Shown: piece by piece, positions 38,604 through 49,020 of the stretch
Layout: each line of letters opens with the position of its first letter
Position numbering within the stretch: the stretch's first letter is position 1
Source of the DNA: an uncultured Solibacteraceae bacterium
GTDB lineage: Bacteria > Acidobacteriota > Terriglobia > Bryobacterales > Bryobacteraceae
Length of the DNA: 64,000 nucleotides
Reading direction: 5' to 3'
Assembly (NCBI GenBank): GCA_963791985.1
Contig: CAWBUN010000010.1
Span: forward strand, 356,083 to 420,082
Notes under the pieces: generated by a model
Database searches by the model: none
Seen by the model: only the letters and a program-made list of their open reading frames with translations
What the model was told of the DNA's origin: nothing
Made by a program: the position numbers and the translations under genes

Positions 38604-41348
38604 TGAAAAAATTAGCAGCGATAGGCGCGCTCGGGCTTTCTGGCGTCTGGTCTGTTTGCGCAGGGGCTGAACACAGGCGGCCAAACTAAGGAAGATTGGG
38701 AGGAGATTAATTTCGAGTTTAATTCATCGATCCTGTCGGACGGCTACCCAAGCCTGCTGCGGCTGGCCGACTTACTGAGCCAGCATCGCGATTACAAAGT
38801 GAAAGTAACGGGCCACACGGATTACGTCGGGTCGGCGGCATACAACGATAAGCTTGCGCTGAGGCGCGCGGACGCCGTGAAGGCGTTCCTGGTGAAGTAC
38901 GGGGTTGGCGGATGCGCAGGTCACGACATCGGGCGACGGCAAGCGCTCGCCGAAGTCGACAACAAGACCAAAGAAGGCCGTTTCATGAACCGCCGCGTGG
39001 TCCTGACAGTCACCGACGGCAGCGGCAAATTAATCAAAGAAGGCGGCATCGGCGACGTCATTAACAGCCTGATGAGCAAGCTGGACGATATGGCGAAGAA
39101 GCAGCAGGAATGCTGCGACCAGATTCTGAAGAAGCTCGACAAACTGGACGATATTCTGGCCCAGTTGAAGAACCTGCAGGGGAGAACGACAAGCTGCAAG
39201 CCGAGGTGGACGATCTGCGCAACCAGCAGAATGCGCTGAAGGATCAGGTGAACGGGACTGCCGAAGCCGCTCAGCTGCTTCGCAGACGCAGGACATCGCG
39301 CACACCGAAGCGATCGGCGCGGTGGACGAAGCGCAGCGGCGCAACAAGAAATTCTCGATCGTGGGCGTGAATATCGGACCGACGTATCGGCGCGGGACGC
39401 ACGGGCGACTTCACGTTCAGCGGCCGCGGCCAGTTCTTCTCGCCGTTCGGCGGCGAGGGCACGCGCGCCGTGCAGGCGCAGGGCGAGTACATGTACTATC
39501 CGGACCGGCAGGAAGGCCAGTTCGATATCGGTCTTGTCAATCGCTGGGGCAACATGCAGGCCGGCGCATTCGGCAGTTTCAAGTACCTCAACTTCAAAGG
39601 AATACCAGCAGGGCGGCGGGCTGGGACAGGCAGCCTTCCTGTTCGACTACGTGTTCTCGCGCGGACGCATCGGCATCTTCGGGACGCAGGGGCTTCAAGA
39701 ACTACGGCGATCCTGAACTCGGTGCAACTGGGTCCGCAATCGTTCCTGCAGACTTATGCTCAGGTCGTGAACCAGTACGGCGTGCAGCGCGTTGGTAGGA
39801 GTCTGGGGCAATGCCTACATCGAGGGCAACCTGGCGTATCTGCGCAACAAGGCTCCGAACGTCAACGACGCTCCCGGCGGGTCGGTGAAACTGGTTCAAC
39901 CGCTGAACGAGCATGTCGCGTTCACGGCGGAGGCAGGGTTCAACGAGACGTTGTCTGAATGCCAACGATGCCGGCCGCGTGGTGTTCGGTCTCCAGACTG
40001 GGCAACTACATTCACCCGAAGGATTACGGAAAGACCAAGAGCCCGGTTCCGATGGACGTGCCGCGCGTGCGTTACCAATTGCTGACGCGGCGGGTCGGCA
40101 ACAGTCCGCCCGTGGCGAATGCGGGTCCGGACCAGGTTGGCGTGCCGGCAGGCCAGATTACGCTGGATGGCTCGGCGTCGTACGATCCGGATAACGACCC
40201 GATCACTTATCAGTGGACGCAGATTGGCGGCAACAGCGTGACGCTGGCGACGCCGACGGCGGCGAAGACTACGTTCACGGCCGTGGCCGGACAGACGTAC
40301 ATCTTCAAGTTGACGGTCACGGATTCGGGCGGGCTGAGTTCCTCAGCGACGACCCGGGTGACCTCGACGACCCAGACTTCGGCGACGATCGTGCGCTTCG
40401 ACGCAACGCCGAGCAACATCGCGGCGGGCCAGAGTTCGACACTGACGTGGATCGTGCAGGGCGCGACCAGCGTATCGATCAGCAACGGCGTGGGCAACGT
40501 GGCGCCACCGGTTCGACGACGGTGACCCCGTCGACGACCACGACGTACACCTTGACGGCAGTCGGCCCGAACGGCAACGTGACGGCGAGTGCGACGGTTA
40601 CGGTGGGCGCCGCAGGGACGACCTCGGCGCAGATCATCCGCTTCGAAGCCAACCCGCTGAGCAATTCAGCCGGGCCAGCAATCGACGCTGAGCTGGACGA
40701 CGACCGGGGCAACCCAGGTTTCGATCAGCGGCGTGGGCGCAGTGACGCCGAACGGCAGCACGACAGTGTCGCCGACGCAGACGACGACGTACACGCTGTC
40801 GGCGACGGGTTCGGACGGCAAGACGGTGACCGCTCCGATCACGATCACGGTGGCGAGCGGCGCGATTCCGCAGGTAGTGGTGTTCGTGGCAACCCCGCAA
40901 AACATCGATGCCGGCAGCTCTACCAAGCTGTGCTGGCAGGTGACGGGCGCGACCAACATCTCGATCCAGCCGGGCGTGGGCAGCAATCTGAATGCGAACG
41001 ATTGCGCCACGGTAAGCCCGACTGCGACCACGACGTACACCCTGACGGCGACCAACGCGACCGGCCAGATTCAGGCCAACGCGACGGTCAATGTGGGCAC
41101 GGTGAGGATCACGTCGTTCACGGCGGATCCCGGTGACCTCGACGGCGGCAGGCAACCCGGTTACGCTCTCGTGGACGACGCACAACGCCACTTCGGTGGT
41201 TCTGATCGGCAGCGAGATCGGGCCGCAGACCCTGCCGGCGAACGGCACGTTCGTGATCCACCCGATCACGAACTCGACGTATACCTTGACAGCGTACGGA
41301 ACTGGAGGCCAGACAGTCAGCGCCACCATATCGGTGTTCGTCAGGTAG
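38604..41348 (+). pseudogene. large mosaic surface protein: signal peptide, OmpA-like peptidoglycan-binding domain, coiled coil, beta-barrel-like region and tandem PKD/Ig-like repeats, fragmented by at least 8 frameshifts
   Basis: ATG 38604 gives MKKLAAIGALGL. OmpA motif GHTDYVGSAAYNDKLALRRADAV...NRRVVL. Heptad region QAEVDDLRNQQNALKDQ. Repeats of ...ATP.NI.AG.SSTL.W...GAT.VSI..GVG.V...GS..V.P..TTTYTLTA. The pieces are spread over ORFs 38799..39239, 39110..39370, 39322..39798, 39470..39958, 39792..40085, 39959..40525, 40213..41136, 40733..41437 and 41133..41348. Confidence 0.45.
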
Positions 41349-41374
41349 CGGAGAGGCGAGTAAGCAGTAAGTCA

Positions 41375-41409
41375 GCCGGGCGGCCAGAGATGGCCGCCCG
41401 GCTTTTTTG
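41375..41409 (+). terminator. Rho-independent terminator
   Basis: CCGGGCGGCC-agagat-GGCCGCCCGG (10 bp perfect stem) followed by CTTTTTTGT. Confidence 0.75.
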
Positions 41410-41420
41410 TGAGGCATTGA

Positions 41421-41542
41421 GAGAGATCGCTCCCTGACGGTCGCGGTTCGCTGTGGGGGCGAAGAGATCGCTCCCTGACGGTCGCGGTTCGCTGTGGGGG
41501 CGAAGAGATCGCTCCCTGACGGTCGCGGTTCGCTGTGGGGGC
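41421..41542 (+). repeat. tandem triplication of a 41-bp unit (GAAGAGATCGCTCCCTGACGGTCGCGGTTCGCTGTGGGGGC)
   Basis: Three head-to-tail, essentially identical copies plus a degenerate fourth at about 41596..41640. The unit contains the dispersed family-B motif. Confidence 0.85.
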
Positions 41543-41643
41543 GAATGCAAGTGGCGGAGGCAGGAGGAACATGAAGGGGGCGTACAGGTGGTGGTGCGTG
41601 GGGGTAGCGCTCCCTTACGTTACGGTCGCGGTTCGCTGATGGG

Positions 41644-42846
41644 TTATTGGGGCGGGGTGACGATTTCGGGGGGGCGGGGGGCGACTTCGCCTTCTTTGTA
41701 GATGAACTTGCCGCGCTTCATGGTGAGGTGAACGAGGTTGGTGCCGATGCAGGTGGAGAGGTCGCGGTAATCGGGGGCGTTGAGGATCACGAGGTCGGCG
41801 GATTTTCCGGGCTCGAGAGAGCCGGTGCGATCGGCGCAGCGAAGGGCGTGGGCGCCGTTGATCGTAGCGGCGGAGATAGCTTCTTCGAGCGTCATACCCA
41901 ACCTCCAGCAGGCGAGTGCGACGGCGGTCTGCATGTTGAGAGTGGGCGAGTGGATGGGATTAAAATTGGTGCCGAGGGCGATGGCGGCACCAGCATCGAT
42001 CAGCGCGCGGGCGGGCGGGCGCTGTCCGTCATTGTGGAAGGCTACGCCGGGGAGAAGAGTGACGATGACGCCGGCGTCGGCCAGTTGGCGAGCGTGAGCG
42101 TCGGTCGCGTGTTCCAGATGGTCCATGCCGGCGACTCCATGTCTAAGGGCAAGGGCGACGGCGGAATCGGGCGAGGGGCCGTCGGCGTGAATGCGGCAGG
42201 CGAAACCGAGTCTGCGAGCGGCGGCGAGGAAGCGCTCGAAAGAGGGCAGCATGACGGGGTCGGGGTTCCAGGCGAGGTCGGCGAACTCGATGCTGCGGCG
42301 GCGGCGGATTTTGGGCAGGAGATCGTTGGCGGCCCATTCGACGGCACCCAGGAGCGCGCCGCCTTCGATGGCCGGGGGCAGGCGGAAGAGGTAACTGGCG
42401 ATGACTTCGAGGGGGTCACTGCGGACGGCGGCGAGCAGGCGAAGGAGTTTGGCTTCGCAAGCGTCATCGGGGCCGCAGCCGGTCTTGATCTCGACGGTGG
42501 TAGTGCCGTGTCGGGCCATGGCCTCGAGGTAGGCTCGGGCGCGGAGTTCGAGGCGCTGTCCGGTGGCGGAGCGGACGGCCCGGGCGGCGGCCTCAGGGTC
42601 GGGGCCCGAGACCCCGGCTGGGGGAAAGGCGAGGTGGGTGTGACTATCGATGAAGCCCGGCATGACGACGCGGCCGGCGGCATTGATTTCGACGGCGTGA
42701 CGCGCTGCGGCGAGGTTCTCGACACGCCGGGAGGGCCCGACTTCGAAAATCACGCCATTGCGGATAAGCACGGCGCCGTCGTTGATGATGCCGAGGTCAT
42801 TGAGGCCGGTTCCGAGCCTCGGCACCGCTCGACCACGCAAGGTCAA
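41644..42846 (-). CDS. hutI: imidazolonepropionase (amidohydrolase family)
   Basis: GFIDSHTHL, IHAD, LGTNFNP and GKSADLVIL motifs. 400 aa. Confidence 0.75.
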   Translation of the reverse strand: MTLRGRAVPRLGTGLNDLGIINDGAVLIRNGVIFEVGPSRRVENLAAARHAVEINAAGRVVMPGFIDSHTHLAFPPAGVSGPDPEAAARAVRSATGQRLELRARAYLEAMARHGTTTVEIKTGCGPDDACEAKLLRLLAAVRSDPLEVIASYLFRLPPAIEGGALLGAVEWAANDLLPKIRRRRSIEFADLAWNPDPVMLPSFERFLAAARRLGFACRIHADGPSPDSAVALALRHGVAGMDHLEHATDAHARQLADAGVIVTLLPGVAFHNDGQRPPARALIDAGAAIALGTNFNPIHSPTLNMQTAVALACWRLGMTLEEAISAATINGAHALRCADRTGSLEPGKSADLVILNAPDYRDLSTCIGTNLVHLTMKRGKFIYKEGEVAPRPPEIVTPPQ

Positions 42847-42935
42847 AAGGCAACGGGCACCTCGAATTAGAATTGAGTCCAGGTAAATCCCTATTCCAAT
42901 GTAACAATAGTACTGGTTTTAACAATTTTAATTTT

Positions 42936-43730
42936 ATGCAAAAGAAGCGCAGTGGGCAGGAAAAGATAACGCTAAAGACTTTGGAAAGAGTATTCTCCAA
43001 GGCCGGAGCGGGATCGCGGACGGACGCGCGAAAGTGGATTTCGGGGGGAAAAGTCCGTGTGAATGGGAAGGTGGTACTCAATCCCGACCATTGGGTGGAC
43101 CCGGATCACGACAAGGTGACGCTGGACGGGAAGCCGCTAAAGGCGGCATCAAAGAGCTACATTCTCCTGTATAAACCGAAGGGCTACCTAACGACGTACC
43201 GCGATCCGGAGGGCAGGCCGACGGTCTATGCGCTGTTGGGAGATGTGGGCAAGTGGCTCTCGCCGGTGGGAAGGCTCGACCTGGATACGAGCGGGTTGCT
43301 GGTGCTGACGAACGACAACGACTTCGCGGAGCGGATCACGAACCCCGACCACAAGGTGCCGAAGACATATCAGATCAAGGCGTCGACGGTGTTGAGCGAT
43401 GAACAGATCGAGCGGCTGCGCGCGGGAGTGGAGTTGAGCGACGGGCCGACGCGGCCGGCGGAGGTGAAGCGGCTGCGTGATGGTCCCAAGCACACGTTCC
43501 TTGAGATGACCATTACGGAAGGGCGGAATCGTCAGGTGAGGCGGATGCTGGAAGCTGTGGAGAGCAAGGTATCGAAGCTGGTGCGGACGGCGATCGGACC
43601 GGTGCGGATCGGCGAGTTGCCGATCGGCAAGTGGCGGAATCTGACGGTGGACGAGGTGCAGGCGCTACACGGGCACGCGGCGAAGAAGGCAAGCGGGCCG
43701 TCGGGGGACAAGAATAGAAATAAATATTGA
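42936..43730 (+). CDS. rRNA pseudouridine synthase (RsuA/RluB family, S4 plus PseudoU_synth_2)
   Basis: S4-like N-terminus (RTDARKWISGGKVRVNGKVV). Catalytic region VGRLDLDTSGLLVLTNDNDF. Start placed at ATG 42936 inside ORF 42873..43730. Confidence 0.75.
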   Translation: MQKKRSGQEKITLKTLERVFSKAGAGSRTDARKWISGGKVRVNGKVVLNPDHWVDPDHDKVTLDGKPLKAASKSYILLYKPKGYLTTYRDPEGRPTVYALLGDVGKWLSPVGRLDLDTSGLLVLTNDNDFAERITNPDHKVPKTYQIKASTVLSDEQIERLRAGVELSDGPTRPAEVKRLRDGPKHTFLEMTITEGRNRQVRRMLEAVESKVSKLVRTAIGPVRIGELPIGKWRNLTVDEVQALHGHAAKKASGPSGDKNRNKY

Positions 43731-43733
43731 TTG

Positions 43734-43760
43734 GCGACCGCTCCCTGACGGTCACGGCTC
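43734..43760 (+). repeat. family-B repeat (GCGACCGCTCCCTGACGGTCACGGCTC)
   Basis: Starts 4 nt after the rluB-like stop. Confidence 0.65.
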
Positions 43761-43767
43761 AGATCAA

Positions 43768-44712
43768 CTAGTCGGAATACCAGCGGACTCCGACGAAGGC
43801 GCCGCCAGTGGTGCCGCGGTAGAAGTAGTCCTGCTTGGGGGAGGTGCGGAAGATGAAGGCCTTGGCACCGGCGCGCAGTTCGATATGGCCGATACGGTAA
43901 GCGATGGTGGCGTCGCTATCGACGAGGCGGAAGCTGTGGGGCCACATGAAACCGGAGAGGTTGGCTTCGAGGCGGAAATTGCGGGAAGCGTATTCCTGCA
44001 CGCCCAGACCGAAGGCGGGGGTGAAGTAGGACTTGGAGCCGAGGGTGGAATAGTCGGTGTAGTTGCCGCTTGAATCGGGAGTTCCGGAGCGGACGGGGGC
44101 GTCAAACACGCTCTTCATGGAGATGTACTGAGCCTGCCAGAGGGTCTTCAGGCGGAAGTGGCGGGCCTCGACGGGGAAGGGCAAGGTGAGGAACTCATAA
44201 GAAGCCTTGACGTTGGTCAGCTTGGAATTGGTGCTGAGGATGTCGCCCTTGTTGTAGGGCTGGCTGAAGATGACGAGATCGTTGGGGGCGACGGTGTTGC
44301 CGCTCTGCTTGGATTGGAAGTAGGAGAATTTCAGGGAATTGTGGCGACCGGCGGCGATGCCGATTTCGGCGCCTGGCGCACCTTTGGAAGTGCCGACGAG
44401 CTTAAGCTGGCTGGCATCGGTAAAAGTGGCTGCGTGGCCCTTATCGACGAAGGGCTGGCCGATGGGGAGCCATCCGGTAAGTCCGAAGGACCAACCGGCT
44501 TCGCCGGGCATGCGGACGTCGATGACTTCGGGAGGGGCGGGGGGGAGCTTGATGGGGCGCTGGGTTTCGACTTGCGGTGTCTCGGCGGGCGGCTGTTGGG
44601 CAGGGGCCTGCTGGGCGGGGGCCTGCTGGGCGGGCTGGGCGGGAGCCTGGGCGCGGGCCAGAGTGGCCATCCCGAGCAGGGCTAGACAGAGTAAGTTTCG
44701 AGAGATCTTCAC
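43768..44712 (-). CDS. hypothetical outer-membrane beta-barrel protein
   Basis: Signal peptide. AQQAP repeat linker. Alternating amphipathic beta strands. Confidence 0.45.
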   Translation of the reverse strand: MKISRNLLCLALLGMATLARAQAPAQPAQQAPAQQAPAQQPPAETPQVETQRPIKLPPAPPEVIDVRMPGEAGWSFGLTGWLPIGQPFVDKGHAATFTDASQLKLVGTSKGAPGAEIGIAAGRHNSLKFSYFQSKQSGNTVAPNDLVIFSQPYNKGDILSTNSKLTNVKASYEFLTLPFPVEARHFRLKTLWQAQYISMKSVFDAPVRSGTPDSSGNYTDYSTLGSKSYFTPAFGLGVQEYASRNFRLEANLSGFMWPHSFRLVDSDATIAYRIGHIELRAGAKAFIFRTSPKQDYFYRGTTGGAFVGVRWYSD

Positions 44713-44937
44713 GTACGCCTCAATGAATCAGATTAGCCGGCAGAGGCCGGCACCAGACCACGGTTGCACTAGTGGTTCCAAACGGCTCAACTGTAGGCTG
44801 CTCTTCTATTTTGCCCTAAAGAGACGGGGCTGCGCAGGAAATCGACGTTACGCGGATGTGGCCGTATTGGCACAGGTGAGAAATCCGGGTAACCTTTTGC
44901 GAGGCGGAGAGTATTTCATAACGTAAGCGGGAGGCAA

Positions 44938-45486
44938 GTGGAGGACGAACTGATCATGCGGGAAGTTCGAGAAGGCGACGTAGGGAAGCTGGAGACGCTT
45001 TTCGATCGCCATTATCAGGGGCTTTTCCGTTACTTTCTCTATTTGACGGGAAACCGCGCGGCGAGCGAGGACCTGGCTCAGGAGGTCTTTTTCCGGATTC
45101 TGAAGTACCGGCATACATATCAGCCGGATGCGGGATTCCGGGCGTGGCTCTATCAGATTGGCCGCAACGTTTACGCCGATTATTTGGGCAAACAGAAACC
45201 GGAAGTTGCGCTGGCGGAGGACGCCGGCGAAATCCGCGGATCGGACGCGCCAGCGGACCGGCAGGTTCAGAAGAAACAGGAAGCGCTGCTGCTGCGGCGG
45301 GCGCTGGCCTCGCTGCCCGGAGATAAGCGCGAAGTGTTGATCATGAGCCGGTTCCTGGATTTGAAATACGAGGAAATCGCCTCTGTCCTGAAATGCGAAG
45401 TGGGGACAGTAAAGGTACGGGTGTACCGGGCCATGCGGGAGTTGAGCGACCGCTTCTTCGCGTTGAGTGGAGAACGAGCGTCATGA
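44938..45486 (+). CDS. ECF-family RNA polymerase sigma factor
   Basis: Sigma-70 region 2 (..FDRHYQGLFRYFLYLTGNRAASEDLAQEVF..) and region 4 (..EVLIMSRFLDLKYEEIASVLKCEVGTVKVRVYRAMREL). Confidence 0.8.
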   Translation: MEDELIMREVREGDVGKLETLFDRHYQGLFRYFLYLTGNRAASEDLAQEVFFRILKYRHTYQPDAGFRAWLYQIGRNVYADYLGKQKPEVALAEDAGEIRGSDAPADRQVQKKQEALLLRRALASLPGDKREVLIMSRFLDLKYEEIASVLKCEVGTVKVRVYRAMRELSDRFFALSGERAS

Positions 45487-46293
45487 ATTGCGAACGGATT
45501 CGAGAGCAGATTCCGGAAGTCCTGGCGGGGCGCCTGGACAAGAACGCGCGGGAACAGCTGGTGGAGCACCTGGAAGGCTGCGCCGGATGCCGCGCGGAGG
45601 TTGCGGAGTTGAACGCGGTGTGGAGAGGCATGGAGAGTTTGAAGGCGGAATCGGACGATGCTCCGCAGGCGGCGGCGAAGGCGCGCTTCCACGAGGTGGT
45701 GGCGGCCTACGAGGCGGGCATGGCGGCGGCGCAGACCGGGGGAGCGCGGGTAGTGAAGTTCCCGACGCGTCCGGTGTGGCAGATCGCGATGGCGGCGGGC
45801 CTGCTGGTTGCCGGAATTTTTGCCGGGCGATATTTGGCGGGCGGCAGCGGGGGCAATACGGAGATGGCGCAGTTGAAGGGCCAGGTGGAGGGCTTGCGGC
45901 AGATGGTGGCGCTCTCGATGCTGCAGGGCCAATCGCCGAGCGCGCGTATGCGGGGCGTGACCTACAGCGAGCAGATTTCGCAGCCGGACCGGCAGGTGCG
46001 GGATGCGCTGTTGCAAGCGGTGAATCACGACAGCAACGTCAACGTGCGGCTCTCGGCCGTGGATGCGCTGCAAAAGTTCGCGGCCGATCCAGAGTTGACG
46101 CGGGCGATGGTGGATTCGATTCCGGCGCAGGACACGCCGCTGGTGCAGATCGCGTTGATCGACATGCTGGTGCAGTTGAACGCGCGCGGCGCCACGGAGG
46201 ACCTGGGCGAAGCTCGCAAAGAACATGCAGTTGGACGAGATGGTGCGGCAGCGCGCGGCGTGGGCTATGCACCGGATGGAGACACAACAATGA
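45483..46293 (+). pseudogene. anti-sigma factor (zf-HC2 N-terminus, TM, HEAT-like C-terminus), one apparent frameshift
   Basis: ATGA overlap with the sigma gene. H..C..C motif (EHLEGCAGCRAE). TM WQIAMAAGLLVAGIFAG. Frame switch near 46205 restores a C-terminus ...LGKLAKNMQLDEMVRQRAAWAMHRMETQQ. Confidence 0.5.
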
Positions 46294-47146
46294 GATATGG
46301 GGCAATACTCGCAATGGCGGCGCTGCCGATGGCCTTGGGCGCGCAGTACCGCGACCACGAGTGGAAGCTGGACGAGAAGGAAACGATCCGCAAGACGTTC
46401 GATGTGGGGACGAGCGACCGGAAGCTGCTGGTAGACAATATCCACGGCTATGTCCACGTGACGGGATACAGCGGTACGCAGGTCCAGGTGACGGTGGACA
46501 AGCACATCTACGCGGACAGAACCGAGGCCGCGGCAGAGGCGAAGCGGGACGTGAAGCTGGACATGTCGCAGCAGGGCAGCTTCGTGCGGCTATACGAAGA
46601 CGGTCCGTTCCGGACGAACTGGGCGGCACCAATTATCGCGGCGAAGACTATTACGGCTACCGCGTGGTGCTGAATATCGACGTGCAGGTTCCGTTCGATA
46701 CGGAGCTGGTGTTGAAGGCGATGAACCATGGCGATATTCAGGTGAAGAAGACGACGGGAGATTACGACATCCATGGATTGAATGGCGGAATCGAGATGGA
46801 AGACGTGGCGGGATCGGGCGCCGTGAACACATTGAACGGCACGGTGAAGGTGACGTACAGCAAGAACCCGACGAAGCCGACGCAATATAAGACGCTGAAC
46901 GGCACGGTGGACGTTTATTTTCGCGACGGGTTAAACGCCGATTTGAAATTCAAGAAGCTGAACGGCGGGATATATACGGATTTCGAGGTAACGGCGGTTC
47001 CGCAGTCGGAAGGCGGGGACAGCCGGAATGGAAAGTTCCTGTACCGGTCGAACGGGAGAATGGCGGGCCGGACGGGAAAGGGCGGGCCCGAACTTTCGTT
47101 CGAAACGCTGAATGGCAGTATCCGGTTGCATTCAAAAGCGCTTTAG
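46290..47146 (+). pseudogene. DUF4097 (putative adhesin / LiaG-like beta-helix) protein, one apparent frameshift
   Basis: Start overlaps the anti-sigma stop (caATGA). Signal peptide MRYGAILAMAALPMALGAQ. Repeated LNGxI/V motifs. Frame switch near 46615 joins ORF 45393..46673 to ORF 45467..47146. Confidence 0.5.
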
Positions 47147-47160
47147 AAGAGGACACGAAG

Positions 47161-47976
47161 ATGAGGAATTATTGCGCCCTGATGGGCATTACGTTAGCGG
47201 TTTGTTCGACCGGCATCGCGCAGGAGCCAGGCAACGAACGGGTGGTGGTTCCGGTTCGGAATTCCACACACGCCCGCAAGGTGGATGTGAACCTGATGGG
47301 CGGCTCGATCACGGTGAAGAGCTACAACGGCAAAGAGGTGATCGTGGAGGCGACGGGCTCGGGATCGAGATCGCGCCGCGACGTGGAAGACAAGCGGGCG
47401 GATGGCATGAAGCGGCTGGATCTTCCGGACCGCGGGATCTCGGTGGAAGAGCAGGATAACGTGGTGACAGTGCGGATGCAGAACGCAAGGCGGGGATCGT
47501 CGGTGACGATCATGACACCAGCCGATACGTCGCTGACGCTGCATACGATGGGCGGCGACATCGAGGTGGACGGCGTGAAGGGCGAGATTGACGCCAACAG
47601 TATGAACGGGAAGATCACGCTGAACAACGTGTCGGGCTCCGTGCTGGCGCATTCGATGAATGGCGGAATGAAGGTGGTGATGGACAGCGTGGACGCGACC
47701 AAGCCGCTCTCCTTCACTACGATGAACGGTACGATCGATGTCACGCTGCCGGCGGATTTCAAGGCGAATGCCAAGATTCGCACGGACCACGGTGAGGTTT
47801 ATAGCGATTTCGATTTCAAGCTGGGCGGCGGGGCGGTGACGCAGAAGAACGACACGTCAGACGGGAGGTTCAAGGTAACGATGGACCGGACGATCACGGG
47901 GACGATCAACGGGGGCGGGACCGAGGCGACGTTCAAGACGTACAACGGGACGATCTATATACGGAAGAGGAAGTAG
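47161..47976 (+). CDS. DUF4097 (putative adhesin) family protein
   Basis: Signal peptide. Repeated MNGxI/TLNNVSG/MNGGMKV/TMNGTIDV motifs. Confidence 0.7.
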   Translation: MRNYCALMGITLAVCSTGIAQEPGNERVVVPVRNSTHARKVDVNLMGGSITVKSYNGKEVIVEATGSGSRSRRDVEDKRADGMKRLDLPDRGISVEEQDNVVTVRMQNARRGSSVTIMTPADTSLTLHTMGGDIEVDGVKGEIDANSMNGKITLNNVSGSVLAHSMNGGMKVVMDSVDATKPLSFTTMNGTIDVTLPADFKANAKIRTDHGEVYSDFDFKLGGGAVTQKNDTSDGRFKVTMDRTITGTINGGGTEATFKTYNGTIYIRKRK

Positions 47977-48006
47977 AGATCGCTCCCTGACGGTCGCGGT
48001 TCGCGG
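47976..48006 (+). repeat. family-B repeat (GAGATCGCTCCCTGACGGTCGCGGTTCGCGG)
   Basis: Starts at the DUF4097 stop codon. Confidence 0.7.
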
Positions 48007-48080
48007 TGAAGGAGCACGGTGAGAGTAGCAGGGAAAATGGCGGGAAGAAAATGGCGGTATGATCGTCACAGGGTAGGGCG

Positions 48081-48641
48081 ATGGTTTTAGAGAGTACGGA
48101 TCGGGAACTCGTGGAAGGCTGCCGGCGCGGAGAACGCGAGGCATTCCGGGTTCTGTTTGAGACGTACAAGGACAAGATCTACTCCATCGCACTGCGCTTC
48201 AGCGGAGACCAGACCCTGGCGATGGATATCGCGCAGGACACATTCCTGAAGCTGTACAGCTCTATCGCCGACTTCCGCGGGGATTCGCAGTTCAGCACCT
48301 GGGTGTACCGGCTGGTAGTGAACAGCTGCCTGGATCACAAGCGGAGATCGTGGCGGATGATTCCGATCGCGGACGAGTTGCTGGCGGTGATGCGGGCGCC
48401 GGGGGATGTGCTGAACGCGGTGATCCGGACGGAGATGAGCGGCCGGGTGCAGCGCGCGGTGGAAAGGCTCCCGGAGGAGCAGCGGATCGTGGTGGTTTTG
48501 CGGTACACGGAAGGGCTGGCGTACGAGCAGATCGCGGAAGTGATCGGCTGCTCGACGGGGACGGTGGCGTCACGATTAAATCGCGCGCACAGGGCCCTCG
48601 AGCGTCGGCTGGCAAACCTGAAAGGAGCGGCGCATGTCTGA
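48081..48641 (+). CDS. ECF-family RNA polymerase sigma factor
   Basis: Region 2 (..FRVLFETYKDKIYSIALRFSGDQTLAMDIAQDTF..) and region 4 (..IVVVLRYTEGLAYEQIAEVIGCSTGTVASRL). Confidence 0.8.
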   Translation: MVLESTDRELVEGCRRGEREAFRVLFETYKDKIYSIALRFSGDQTLAMDIAQDTFLKLYSSIADFRGDSQFSTWVYRLVVNSCLDHKRRSWRMIPIADELLAVMRAPGDVLNAVIRTEMSGRVQRAVERLPEEQRIVVVLRYTEGLAYEQIAEVIGCSTGTVASRLNRAHRALERRLANLKGAAHV

Positions 48642-48954
48642 TTGGCTGGAAGAACAGCTGTCGCAGCATTTGAATCCGGTGAAGGCACCCGAGGAACTAG
48701 GGGTGCGGCTGGGATTCGCGCGCGCGAAACGGCATCAGGTTCCGCGGATGGTGGTGGCGATTGCGGCGGCGATCGTGATGATGGCGGGCGGACTGGCAGC
48801 GAACCGGGAAGCGCGAAACGGGGAAGCGGTTCAGTTTGCGGCGGCGGACCAGGGCACGATCCCGGTGCGGTTGGGACACCAGGCGAGCGGCGGCGCGGAG
48901 AAAAGTGCGAACCTCGGAGCGGATGCCGGTTGCGGGGCCTGCCACACCTTATAG
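48634..48954 (+). CDS. small membrane protein, probable cognate anti-sigma factor
   Basis: Start overlaps the sigma stop. Single TM MVVAIAAAIVMMAGGLAA. Small extracytoplasmic tail. Confidence 0.4.
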   Translation: MSDWLEEQLSQHLNPVKAPEELGVRLGFARAKRHQVPRMVVAIAAAIVMMAGGLAANREARNGEAVQFAAADQGTIPVRLGHQASGGAEKSANLGADAGCGACHTL

Positions 48955-49020
48955 CACCACTTGAAAGAGGTTGTCATATTCCCAAGCTTCTGGTATGGTG
49001 AAACAAGCAGGGAGGGACTC

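Noticed and set aside
38135-38606. Small ORFs 38135..38413, 38188..38520, 38307..38606.
   Set aside because: They lie within or next to the RNase P RNA gene and have no coding features.
40213-41136. 307-aa ORF MDADWRQQRDAGD...
   Set aside because: Asp/Arg/Gly-rich. It is an out-of-frame reading of the Ig-like repeat region. Only a short central stretch of this frame carries real repeat sequence because of local frameshifts.
41421-41640. Possible CRISPR array (regularly spaced repeats).
   Set aside because: The three units, including their 'spacers', are identical. Total unit is 41 bp with no variable spacers, no leader and no cas genes nearby. It is a plain tandem repeat of the dispersed family-B motif.
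44713-44937. Possible ECF-type promoter (GTAACC...CGTAA) upstream of the first sigma gene.
   Set aside because: Spacing and hexamers do not fit the GGAAC-N16-CGTT consensus well enough to call from sequence alone.
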